From a virus: DNA of 64,000 nt. Made by a program: the position numbers and the translations under genes. The stretch is from positions 10,015-74,014 of the IMG/VR virus record IMGVR_UViG_3300033146_005170. The stretch is one strand, 5' to 3'. Below the pieces are notes generated by a model, which was not told where the DNA came from, searched no databases, and was given only the letters and a program-made list of their open reading frames with translations. Positions 18,758 to 26,988 of the stretch are shown piece after piece. Within the stretch, counting starts at the first letter, position 1; every line of letters begins with the position of its first letter.

Positions 18758-19699
18758 TTAAAAATCCTCAAGTTGTTTTAATAAGCACTCTTCTGGTAGT
18801 TTATCATCATACCAACGAACAAATACTCCATGCCTAAGTTTTTTATTCTTGGTTACATCATTAGCTCGAACTGTTAAAACCTTATGTTTAAGTTTTCCGT
18901 CTATAGCCAGTTGAGTTGCTTCTGCTCGACTGTTTAGATCTCCTAAAGAAGTAATTTTACCAATAGGATATATAGCTCCATGATGGTATACAGCGACTTC
19001 TAAAGCTCCTATCATACCTTCAAATTTACCTTTTCCAGGAGTAGTACCTATAACAAAACAATCAACTTCTAATTGCTTTTTGACTTTAGTCCAGCCTTTT
19101 TCATACCTTACTAAGTCATGTTTAAGCATAATACCTTCTCCATTATGCTCCATAATATCATTCCAAAGTCTTTTATAATTGTTAATACTCCAAGATCTGG
19201 CATGATAAACATGGTCATCTCCATAAATAAAAGGACTTTTTAAAATTTGAGGTTTTAGACTATCAAACATAAAAGTTCTAATAGTTTCTCTTCTAGTTAA
19301 GTAACTCTCATTAAAAATATTAAATCCAGCCCATCTTTGAACATCAAAGATTATGATTTTTAAATCTTCTGAAACTATTCCTTTTGAACCTAGTTCTGAT
19401 TGAGTAGCATTCCAACTATTCTCTGCTATTACTAGAGCTTCAACGTCTAAAATAGTATCATTGGGTAAATTCATTTTCTCTAATTGAGAAATTATATGAG
19501 GAATTTGTTCTGCCTTATTATGACCACCTCTAGTATGAGCATAATACTTATTTTCCACCTTAGATAAAATAAGCCTATGCCCATCAAATTTTTCTTCTAC
19601 ATAGATATGTGGCAGTTTAGCTAATACGCTAACTCCATCTATATTGATAGACTTTCCTGCTGATAAAAAATTACCGTATTTAGAACTTTTAAAAGACAT
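18758..19699 (-). CDS. ATP-dependent DNA ligase
   Basis: KFDGHR (motif I), LDVE, FDV, EGIMLK, KVK, OB-fold LRHGVF. Confidence 0.93.
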   Translation of the reverse strand: MSFKSSKYGNFLSAGKSINIDGVSVLAKLPHIYVEEKFDGHRLILSKVENKYYAHTRGGHNKAEQIPHIISQLEKMNLPNDTILDVEALVIAENSWNATQSELGSKGIVSEDLKIIIFDVQRWAGFNIFNESYLTRRETIRTFMFDSLKPQILKSPFIYGDDHVYHARSWSINNYKRLWNDIMEHNGEGIMLKHDLVRYEKGWTKVKKQLEVDCFVIGTTPGKGKFEGMIGALEVAVYHHGAIYPIGKITSLGDLNSRAEATQLAIDGKLKHKVLTVRANDVTKNKKLRHGVFVRWYDDKLPEECLLKQLEDF

Positions 19700-19949
19700 A
19701 GTTATCTCCTTTTATAAACTCGCATACCTCTTCAGCTAAATCTCTTATATAGGTAGTTTCGCAGGTATCTTCATAATCGCTGCACATTGCCACGACACCA
19801 TCGCATATTTCTGTGATCCCCATAATTTGCAATACATCTAAATAAACTGAGACTGTTCCTATTGAATATTCAGATAATATAGCTTTAAAGGTATTATGCT
19901 CTATAAGATCATTTAAGGTTATCTTATTCTGAGTCAAAGTCAGAGCCAT
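19689..19949 (-). CDS. Hypothetical protein
   Basis: ORF track. Confidence 0.55.
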   Translation of the reverse strand: MALTLTQNKITLNDLIEHNTFKAILSEYSIGTVSVYLDVLQIMGITEICDGVVAMCSDYEDTCETTYIRDLAEEVCEFIKGDNYVF

Positions 19950-20184
19950 TAAAGCCTCCTTCTATATTTGGTTCATAGCTTTTACCACCTACAAAATCTC
20001 CATCAGGAGTAACATTATAGGTTTTACCACCCACAAAATCTCCATCAGGTGTAACATTATAAGTTTTGCTTTCTACAAAGTCTCCATCAGGTGTAATATT
20101 ATAAGTATCACTGTTGAGAAGCCTACCTTCAGGTGTCATTGTCAATGCCATTATGGCAATACTTATAGATAAGGCTTTTTTCAT
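19924..20184 (-). CDS. Small secreted protein with 14-aa tandem repeats (YNVTPDGDFVGGKT)
   Basis: MKK+hydrophobic signal; three near-perfect TPDGDFV repeats plus degenerate flanking copies. Confidence 0.7.
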   Translation of the reverse strand: MKKALSISIAIMALTMTPEGRLLNSDTYNITPDGDFVESKTYNVTPDGDFVGGKTYNVTPDGDFVGGKSYEPNIEGGFNGSDFDSE

Positions 20185-20185
20185 A

Positions 20186-20683
20186 TTATACTTCCTCCTC
20201 TAGAACTACTTCATTAGCTTTTAAAGGTCTTGCAAAAGCCCAACGAGCACCAGCTATACCTTTATAGGCTGAAAACTTAGTATCAGATATATAACCCTTA
20301 AATACAGTCGGTATCCAGTTGTCTGATTCATCATCTCTAACCATAATGACTTTATTAATATTAGAGTTATCTAAGTACCATTCAGGCTTTTCTCTATATT
20401 TATAACCTTGCATCCAAAGTTGATGACTGCTAGTTACTGGCATCCAATCTTCAGAATTTTCTAAAGCAATTTCTATAGACTTACCCAAAGCCTTAGCTTT
20501 GCGAGCCTCAAAAAACTCATCTTCAATAACATAGTAAGTTGGACTATCAAACATAATATTTATAGGTTGAGCTTTATCATATTTAACCCAAATATTCTCA
20601 GCAGCGTTATACCACCATAGATTGCCATTATTGGCCCAATGCTTAAATATTGGCCAAAGTTGTTTAGCTCTTTCTTTTGTCAT
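20186..20683 (-). CDS. Hypothetical phage protein
   Basis: ORF track; VMVRD...W-type C-terminal module seen in phage accessory proteins. Confidence 0.6.
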   Translation of the reverse strand: MTKERAKQLWPIFKHWANNGNLWWYNAAENIWVKYDKAQPINIMFDSPTYYVIEDEFFEARKAKALGKSIEIALENSEDWMPVTSSHQLWMQGYKYREKPEWYLDNSNINKVIMVRDDESDNWIPTVFKGYISDTKFSAYKGIAGARWAFARPLKANEVVLEEEV

Positions 20684-20946
20684 AATAAGTCCTCCAATTT
20701 ATTTTCATTACCTAACAGCTCTCTAATATCTTCTCTTAGTCTTTTTATAGTAGTAGAACCTTCTGCTACTAAAAGACAATGTGCATAACCAATCCATCTG
20801 TTCATTTTAGCAATATCCCAAATAGATTTATTATTATAAAGGGTTATTAAGAGTTCATTAGCTTTACTGCAGTGTCTGTCTGAAATAGACAAACTGTAGT
20901 CTAAAATAGCTAGAGTATCTGCTAGCTGTTTCTTTTTCTTTTTCAT
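20680..20946 (-). CDS. Hypothetical protein
   Basis: ORF track. Confidence 0.6.
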   Translation of the reverse strand: MKKKKKQLADTLAILDYSLSISDRHCSKANELLITLYNNKSIWDIAKMNRWIGYAHCLLVAEGSTTIKRLREDIRELLGNENKLEDLL

Positions 20947-21092
20947 TTTTCCATCCTTACTAGAATACCAAATCTAGAGTTAAAAATTCTAGAAGCCTTT
21001 ATATAACCAGCACGTTTCCAGAGTTCTCTGAAATAACAAACTGGACAACTTAGTTTATTAACCCTAGTAGGGGTTAAAATTACTTTAGGCAT
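20943..21092 (-). CDS. 49-aa CxxC protein, not in ORF track
   Basis: MPKVILTPTRVNKLSCPVCYFRELWKR...; ATGA overlap with the downstream gene. Confidence 0.5.
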   Translation of the reverse strand: MPKVILTPTRVNKLSCPVCYFRELWKRAGYIKASRIFNSRFGILVRMEK

Positions 21093-21321
21093 TGTTAAGT
21101 TTATAGCTATCTTCAGCTAGTAACCAAAGTCTATTTTCTGACATATAAGCTTCTTCTTTAGACTCATATTCTCTGCCAACTTTAGGTAGCTTCCAAGTTT
21201 TTGATTTTTTATCAAACCAAATTTCTTGATCGTCAATGCCATAGGCACCAACTTTGATATAGTCAATGCCATTGACATTGTAGTGCCAACTAGCATCCCC
21301 ATGATAGTTTCTAAACTTCAC
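21085..21321 (-). CDS. Hypothetical protein
   Basis: ORF track; GTGA overlap. Confidence 0.55.
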   Translation of the reverse strand: MKFRNYHGDASWHYNVNGIDYIKVGAYGIDDQEIWFDKKSKTWKLPKVGREYESKEEAYMSENRLWLLAEDSYKLNNA

Positions 21322-21683
21322 TTTTTCTCCTTAGTAGATTGAGGTGAAGGAGTATTGTAGCATTCACTTTTTCTCCTTAGTAGATTAGGATGAAGGAATA
21401 TTGTAGCATCCATAAGTTCCCAAAATATTATAGCCTCAGGAATTACATCTAAAGCAACAAGTTCTAAATGGCTAAACAGTTGTTTTAATAGAGCTCTTCC
21501 ATGCCCTTGTCTCATAGGTGAAATTAAGATATTATATATCCTAGCTTCACCATCTGAGATATAAAAGCATATTATTCCAATATCTAAGCCTTTATACAGA
21601 ACTTGATATTCTTTTAACTCAGGCTTTTCTAAATCTTTACAAATAAAACTTAGCTTATAGGGCCGAGTAGCCATAGCTAGCAT
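21318..21683 (-). CDS. GNAT-family acetyltransferase-like protein
   Basis: I.NILI.P.RQGHGRALL (acetyl-CoA motif A), A..FW. Confidence 0.65.
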   Translation of the reverse strand: MLAMATRPYKLSFICKDLEKPELKEYQVLYKGLDIGIICFYISDGEARIYNILISPMRQGHGRALLKQLFSHLELVALDVIPEAIIFWELMDATIFLHPNLLRRKSECYNTPSPQSTKEKK

Positions 21684-21885
21684 TTCTTACATTTTTCCAG
21701 AAATAGCTTCCAACACTGTCAGCATCTCTAAGACCCTCATAGACCTCAAATGGAACATCATAATACTCATATTCTTTACCACTTACAAAGGTAATAAATA
21801 GAGAATTAGTTTGGCTATTGTAACCAATACTAGCTATATTGCTGCTTTCTACCTCAGTAGAATGATCCATACGTGGTTTTGACAT
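21655..21885 (-). CDS. KTSC-domain protein
   Basis: VESSNIASIGY...L.ITF.SG..YEY..VP..VY..L..ADSVGSYF; start at MSKP after AAGGAG. Confidence 0.9.
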   Translation of the reverse strand: MSKPRMDHSTEVESSNIASIGYNSQTNSLFITFVSGKEYEYYDVPFEVYEGLRDADSVGSYFWKNVRNASYGYSAL

Positions 21886-21915
21886 TTTTAACTCCTTTAA
21901 TATATATATACTATA

Positions 21916-21946
21916 ATTATATAATGAGTTTTTTAATGGGTTATTC
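21916..21946 (-). promoter_or_regulatory. Promoter GAATAAC-N18-TATAAT
   Basis: Six-copy promoter family. Confidence 0.6.
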
Positions 21947-22177
21947 GTAGTATCTTTTGACTTTAACTTGTAATTTTGAGATGGCAATATCATAAACTCG
22001 CCATATTCTTTGTCGAGAGATTTGAAGAATTTCTGCTATTTCAGCTACATCATAAGGTCTGTCCTCTAGTTGTATATCTAGAGAACATTTACCTTTTTTA
22101 TTTCTGTATTCGCAGAAGATTTTTTTGCAGTCTTTGGACGTGTCCGCATGCTCAGGGCATACATCCATAGGTTTCAT
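21941..22177 (-). CDS. Stand-alone sigma70 region-4.2-like HTH with N-terminal Cys/His cluster
   Basis: YDVAEIAEILQISRQRIWRVYDIAISKL aligns with Rpo[29 protein letters not shown]; CPEH, C, C, C upstream. Confidence 0.75.
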   Translation of the reverse strand: MKPMDVCPEHADTSKDCKKIFCEYRNKKGKCSLDIQLEDRPYDVAEIAEILQISRQRIWRVYDIAISKLQVKVKRYYE

Positions 22178-22178
22178 A

Positions 22179-22424
22179 TTACTCTTCTTTAACTGGTTTA
22201 GTCATGAATTCAGTAAGTTTAACCAAACTGGCATCATCATTATCAACAGCGTAACGAAGCATAGTAAGAGTATCAGCAGCTTTAGCACTGTTTAGATTAA
22301 ATTCAGTAACAAGATCTGATACTAATAGTTTAATTGGTTCATTTGACTCATCTTGGCCGATTTCTACTAGAGCTGCTCCAGCCTTAGCAAGAGCCTCAAC
22401 AAAATTTTTGTAAGCATCTATCAT
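22179..22424 (-). CDS. Hypothetical protein
   Basis: ORF track; AAGGA SD. Confidence 0.6.
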   Translation of the reverse strand: MIDAYKNFVEALAKAGAALVEIGQDESNEPIKLLVSDLVTEFNLNSAKAADTLTMLRYAVDNDDASLVKLTEFMTKPVKEE

Positions 22425-22433
22425 AATAATCCT

Positions 22434-23072
22434 TTAAGAAATAGTGACAGTTCTTTTTCTGCCATAATTGTAGTCTGCATCTCTAAGACATACAGAAATA
22501 ATATCTCCTGGGCTAGGAGCAACAGAGTAAACGTGAGCAACATGAGGTGTTGAAGGAGTACCTAAATCTGTTTTTGTAGTTTCATTAAATACTACTGGCG
22601 TACCAGAGTTCCAATCAAGAGTAATATCAGTAGATGTTGAGGCCTCAATAATTGGTCTTGTTTGTTGCTGAATAAGATAGTCAATATCTAGCTCAGTATC
22701 ATCTTCAAATACGATAGTACTTGAAGTTACATTTTTAAAACCTAGAGCTTCAAAGTACAGTCTGTAGTTATTCTTAATTAGAATGTGATCTGCTTGCTCT
22801 TTAAAAAGTCCTGCATCAAAAATAATTGGTAAATTTGAAGTTTTTAAATCAATATTACCATTACCTTGATCATCTAGTAACTTACCAATTCTAGATAATG
22901 CGGCTAGATTTAGATAGAATTCATTTACTCCTCCTGAGCCATCGTCTGTACCTATTGTTAGCCAATTACCAGCAAGAGCTACCTCTCTTGCTACTACTGG
23001 ATCTGCATATATAGTTGAGAAAATATCTCCACGAAGAAGTATTCCTGTTTGTGCCATTTTTTGTCCTTTCAA
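22434..23072 (-). CDS. Hypothetical, possibly virion-associated protein
   Basis: Beta-rich; likely start MAQTG. Confidence 0.55.
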   Translation of the reverse strand: MKGQKMAQTGILLRGDIFSTIYADPVVAREVALAGNWLTIGTDDGSGGVNEFYLNLAALSRIGKLLDDQGNGNIDLKTSNLPIIFDAGLFKEQADHILIKNNYRLYFEALGFKNVTSSTIVFEDDTELDIDYLIQQQTRPIIEASTSTDITLDWNSGTPVVFNETTKTDLGTPSTPHVAHVYSVAPSPGDIISVCLRDADYNYGRKRTVTIS

Positions 23073-23078
23073 ATTTAA

Positions 23079-23954
23079 TTATACCTTAGGTAAACTATCA
23101 AGCTGTACGTATTTATTATGTTCTCTATAGACCATTAAAGTTCGAACAGTGATTTTATCTATAGGTTTATAGCTTAAAATTCTATATTTTGAAGCTGCTT
23201 GGTACTCTAAAGTACACCAATAAAAGTCACCTTGGATATTGAGAACTCCTTTTAGCTGGAATTCTTCTCTGTTTAACTCTATAAAATCAAAGTTATTGGT
23301 GAACTCAATGTCATCATCTGGACCATAGGTATCATAAGGACCATTAGGTTCATAAATTATATATTCTGGCTTGGATATATAAGGTCTACCATCTGATATT
23401 CTATAAAAATAAGTTCCTACTCTTTTACTAGCAAGAACTAAAGGTTTTACTTGTATATAATCTTTTGTATAGTATCCAGATGGTAATTTCCACAGTGGTG
23501 GACCTTTCAAGACATAACATTCTTCTGGAGTATAAATTTCAAGAGTGGAATCTTGAGGATCAAGTATTGTATCATTATAAGGAACTGATGGCCTAGAAGG
23601 TATTGAATAGTTCATAAATGGCGAGACTTCAGACCAGTTCCAAGGTTTTGTATTAAAGCATAGAACATATAGCTTAGTAGCATCCATTTTCATACAAGGA
23701 GAAGTGCTAAATACATTACCTATAAGATTAATATTAAGTTCTAAGGGCTTTGCAGGGACATTGCCATCAGCATTGGTAATGACATTGACATTGCCATTGA
23801 AAGTGGCGATTCCTAAGCCTAAAGGTACATTAAATTTAGGAATAGCTTGTGAAGCTACAGTTTGATCCTCAAAAACTATTGTTTCTTCTATATATGAGCG
23901 TTGCTGGTCCCATAAATCAGCATTACCATCCCATAGACCTAGATTACCATCCAT
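23079..23954 (-). CDS. Hypothetical, possibly virion-associated protein
   Basis: N-terminal DGNxxLWDGN motif shared with two structural genes. Confidence 0.55.
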   Translation of the reverse strand: MDGNLGLWDGNADLWDQQRSYIEETIVFEDQTVASQAIPKFNVPLGLGIATFNGNVNVITNADGNVPAKPLELNINLIGNVFSTSPCMKMDATKLYVLCFNTKPWNWSEVSPFMNYSIPSRPSVPYNDTILDPQDSTLEIYTPEECYVLKGPPLWKLPSGYYTKDYIQVKPLVLASKRVGTYFYRISDGRPYISKPEYIIYEPNGPYDTYGPDDDIEFTNNFDFIELNREEFQLKGVLNIQGDFYWCTLEYQAASKYRILSYKPIDKITVRTLMVYREHNKYVQLDSLPKV

Positions 23955-23965
23955 TTATGTACTCC

Positions 23966-25333
23966 TTAGAGATCATCTATATTGTTTAATAAATTTTCAA
24001 TATCTTCTGGGTAATCCTCGACTTCACTTATAAAATCATCTTCAAATTCACTTACTAACTGCCAATCCTCTTCGGTTTTCGGATATTCATACTTAGAAAG
24101 TTTGTCAAAGAAAACTATAGGCTTTGGTTTCTGGTATTTGCGTCTATACTTTAAGAACTCAAAATAAACATTTTTCGTAATTCTAGTGCTTAAATTTTTA
24201 TAGTTCTTAAGCCAATGTAGCAGAGTATATTCATTAAAATGGGACTTAACAAAACCTCTTGGCAAAGGCAAATATGATAGCCATTGTGGCCACAAGCATA
24301 CTGTCTTAGTAGCATTATCAATAACCCAGTCACCATGCAATAAAGGTGTCAGATTAGTAGCCAAAACGGCCTCAACTTTAAAAAGTCTAGAAAAATAAAC
24401 TGGTACATATCGAATACGGCCAGCCTCTGTATCTACATAATATGGCTTATTAAGTTTAGGGATAAAGTTAAATCTCTTAACGGTAGGTTGATAATCACCA
24501 TATCTTATAGTACCCTTAGCCGGACCAAAATCTTTAAGATAGCCTTTATATTTATAGCTTGAGTCATCCCAAAAGAAATAAACAAAGGAACTATCTACAG
24601 TGGTTAGTTTTTCTTCTCCATAGAGTTCTTTTCTAATTTGTATTAATATATTATTGATAGTTTTTTGAGACTTATTGAATTTATTTAACGTTTGTTCTAG
24701 TTGAGTAAATAGAGGTTTTTCTTCTTCGGGTATCTCTTTTAACTGAACTATTTTTCTTTTAACTTGATCCATTGTCCAAGAATAGTTTTCTCCGCCATCC
24801 CAACTAGAATTAACTTCAACAGTTGGTGCTGAATCTAGAGCCTCAGCATAAAAGATAAGTATTTCTTTGGCTTTTTTTAAGCCATTTTTAATGTTCTTTT
24901 CTGAATAGTTAGGAATTCTAGTTCTATAAATTCTTGATGACCAAAGAGAGAGCAGTAGGAGATAATAAGGATTGCTATAATACTCTAAAGCTTTTTCTTT
25001 TATAGTATTATAAGTTATATCTTGTAAATCACCTAAAGATAAATAGGTATTTGCCCACTTTGCAAGAATAAATTCTTTTTTTGGGTTTAAATTCCTATTA
25101 TTAGTTCCTCCTAAATCTAGATCTTCTGCAGTTAGGCCTTCCTTTATTGCTGCTTCTCGCAGTGTTTTTATTCTAGACTCTACTACACCTAAATCTAGGT
25201 TTTCAAAAGTGAGGTTTTTAAGAATTAATATTATATCCTCTCTATATCTATAACCTAAAGAGAATAGTAGTTTTTGTCTTTTTGCTTTACTTTGTCTAAA
25301 AAAAGTGGTAGTGGACTGGTTATGTTTGGACAT
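23966..25333 (-). CDS. Hypothetical 455-aa protein
   Basis: ORF track; AGGAG SD and upstream promoter. Confidence 0.65.
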   Translation of the reverse strand: MSKHNQSTTTFFRQSKAKRQKLLFSLGYRYREDIILILKNLTFENLDLGVVESRIKTLREAAIKEGLTAEDLDLGGTNNRNLNPKKEFILAKWANTYLSLGDLQDITYNTIKEKALEYYSNPYYLLLLSLWSSRIYRTRIPNYSEKNIKNGLKKAKEILIFYAEALDSAPTVEVNSSWDGGENYSWTMDQVKRKIVQLKEIPEEEKPLFTQLEQTLNKFNKSQKTINNILIQIRKELYGEEKLTTVDSSFVYFFWDDSSYKYKGYLKDFGPAKGTIRYGDYQPTVKRFNFIPKLNKPYYVDTEAGRIRYVPVYFSRLFKVEAVLATNLTPLLHGDWVIDNATKTVCLWPQWLSYLPLPRGFVKSHFNEYTLLHWLKNYKNLSTRITKNVYFEFLKYRRKYQKPKPIVFFDKLSKYEYPKTEEDWQLVSEFEDDFISEVEDYPEDIENLLNNIDDL

Positions 25334-25385
25334 TGGATATGCTCCTAGTATTGTATTTTAATATTATATTATACTATAATATTAT

Positions 25386-25416
25386 ATTATACTATAAGAT
25401 GTTTTATTGGGTACTC
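25386..25416 (-). promoter_or_regulatory. Promoter GAGTACC-N18-TATAAT
   Basis: Six-copy promoter family. Confidence 0.55.
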
Positions 25417-25477
25417 GGTACTAAATATGGGTATTTGGTATTAGGCTGTTTACTTATGGAGACTTGCCTAGCGATAG

Positions 25478-25502
25478 GCGCCTAGCGCCTAGTGCCTAGC
25501 GC
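25478..25502. repeat. 7-bp tandem repeat (GCGCCTA)x3
   Basis: gcgcctagcgcctagtgcctagcgc. Confidence 0.75.
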
Positions 25503-25505
25503 TTG

Positions 25506-25675
25506 TTGCAATACTTTTAAGGGGATCTGTTATTGCAGTACTTTTAAGGGATTTGCCATTGCAGTATTTTTAGGAAGATTTGCCATTGCAGTATTTTTAG
25601 GAAGATTTGCTATTGCAGTATTTTTAGGAAGATTTGCCATTGCTATTGCCATTGCCATTGCCATTGCCATTGCAG
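25506..25675. repeat. Five about 27-bp tandem repeats (TTGCAGTATTTTTAGGAAGATTTGCCA) followed by a (TTGCCA)n hexamer run
   Basis: Units start at 25506, 25533, 25559, 25586, 25613; hexamers 25634-25675. Confidence 0.92.
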
Positions 25676-25756
25676 TGTTTTATTTAGGGAAAACATACGA
25701 TGTTTTGATAAATTGATTCATTTTAAATAGTCAAAAAAAATAAAATTAAAAGTCCA

Positions 25757-25931
25757 TTGACACATGCGAATATGTTCGATAAAAAATTTTTTTGCGTTTT
25801 TTAAAAATTGTTTATTTTTTAAGCAGGTTTTATCTATACTTGTTACTTACAGTGACGTTAAGTGAGCCAGTAAGTTTAAATGAAAATTAAACTGCAAAAA
25901 AATAAAATGTTTCGATATCCGCGTGTGTCAA
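25757..25931. repeat. 17-bp imperfect inverted repeat pair (TTGACACAYGCGRATAT)
   Basis: 25757-25773 versus 25915-25931, 15/17 match. Confidence 0.75.
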
Positions 25932-26057
25932 CCGCACTTTTTTTTTATTATTTTTATATATTTAATTATAATCTTTATTATATTATATATATATTATATA
26001 AACACCACTGCAGAGGCATAGTTATTATTAGTAAAAAAGCTCACTGTGAATAAAGTG

Positions 26058-26092
26058 CTGCAATGTCAATGGCAATAGCAATAGCAATGGCA
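26058..26092. repeat. Inverted copy of the TTGCYA hexamer run
   Basis: ctgcaatgtcaatggcaatagcaatagcaatggca. Confidence 0.8.
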
Positions 26093-26266
26093 TCTAGTAT
26101 CTCATTTTAGAATTTCAAATGAGCTTGAATCATTATGGATCCCCAGAAACAGAGCAATTTTTCCTGTCTAAGGAGAAGAATTTTTTCCATAATCAAAAAA
26201 CAATATTGCGTTGTTGACGTAGATATAGCGAGTATCACTATAAAAATAGCTATAAAAAATAGTTAT

Positions 26267-26365
26267 ATTTAGAATAGTATACTTGAGTTTAAATTGGGGG
26301 TTTTGAATATCATACTTAAGGGGATTTAGAATAGTATACTTGAGTTTAAACTGGGGGTTTTGAAT
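26267..26365. repeat. 42-bp direct repeat x2 (57-bp period)
   Basis: atttagaatagtatacttgagtttaaa(t/c)tgggggttttgaat at 26267 and 26324. Confidence 0.9.
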
Positions 26366-26411
26366 TGTTTTATTTTTGCCTATTTAGTGATTCTATAGAT
26401 TTATAAAGAAT

Positions 26412-26438
26412 AAAAAAAGGACGACTGTTCAGTCGTCC
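26412..26438 (-). terminator. Intrinsic terminator closing the early cassette
   Basis: GGACGACT-gaac-AGTCGTCC followed by T7 on the minus strand. Confidence 0.88.
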
Positions 26439-26536
26439 ATCTTGAATATGGCGAGTATTAGATACCTTAGGTTTATTATTCCGTAGATTAAGGCCACCAC
26501 CACAAGAAGGGCGGAGGCGAAGATTAGCCCGCTCAT
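26429..26536 (-). CDS. 35-aa membrane peptide, not in ORF track
   Basis: MSGLIFASALLVVVALIYGIINLRYLILAIFKMDD; ATGA overlap with 26533..26874. Confidence 0.6.
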   Translation of the reverse strand: MSGLIFASALLVVVALIYGIINLRYLILAIFKMDD

Positions 26537-26874
26537 GAGGAGATTCTAATTCTTCTTGGAAGCTCCCATTCTTCCTTTTTCTTAGAGACATAGGATGCGA
26601 TACTCTTACTTGTGGTTTTTGCTTCAGGCATAATTTGTCTGATGGCCTCGGCAATCATTCCGTAGTCCGCGGCGATAAACTTCTCGTCTTTGAGAATTGC
26701 CTTTGCCAATTCCTGAACAGTTCCGGACTTATTCGTCTCCAGTTCAATGATTTTAGCGACCAACTCTTCTTTGGTGGACTTCATAAGTTCTTCCTTACGG
26801 GCCTCTGGGTTGTCAAGGTCTACGCCCTGATACTTTTCTACGATGTCTTCTACAGTTGGGATTGTGATAGTCAT
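26533..26874 (-). CDS. Putative HTH DNA-binding early protein (paralogue of 17956..18495)
   Basis: DYGMIAEAIRQIMPEAKTTSKSIASY; AAGGAG SD. Confidence 0.65.
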   Translation of the reverse strand: MTITIPTVEDIVEKYQGVDLDNPEARKEELMKSTKEELVAKIIELETNKSGTVQELAKAILKDEKFIAADYGMIAEAIRQIMPEAKTTSKSIASYVSKKKEEWELPRRIRISS

Positions 26875-26941
26875 AATTGACTCCTTTTATATTTAGTACA
26901 GTCTGTTATAAAAATAACACCTCTTGCTTTGATACATTATA

Positions 26942-26980
26942 ATTATAACGTAAGCTTCACTATGTGTTACACATAGTGAA
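26942..26980 (-). promoter_or_regulatory. Promoter GTGTAAC-N18-TATAAT overlapped by a 25-bp palindrome
   Basis: TTCACTATGTGT-T-ACACATAGTGAA at 26956-26980 covers the upstream box. Confidence 0.72.
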
Positions 26981-26988
26981 ACACACGA

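Noticed and set aside
25506-25675. CRISPR array
   Set aside because: The repeats are head-to-tail with no unique spacers, and there are no cas genes
25492-25716. 74-aa ORF (FAIAVFLGR repeats)
   Set aside because: Translation of the tandem DNA repeat; no SD and opposite to the local gene direction
26370-26880. ORFs 26370..26654 (-) and 26635..26880 (+)
   Set aside because: They overlap the better-supported 26533..26874 gene, and the first runs through the terminator
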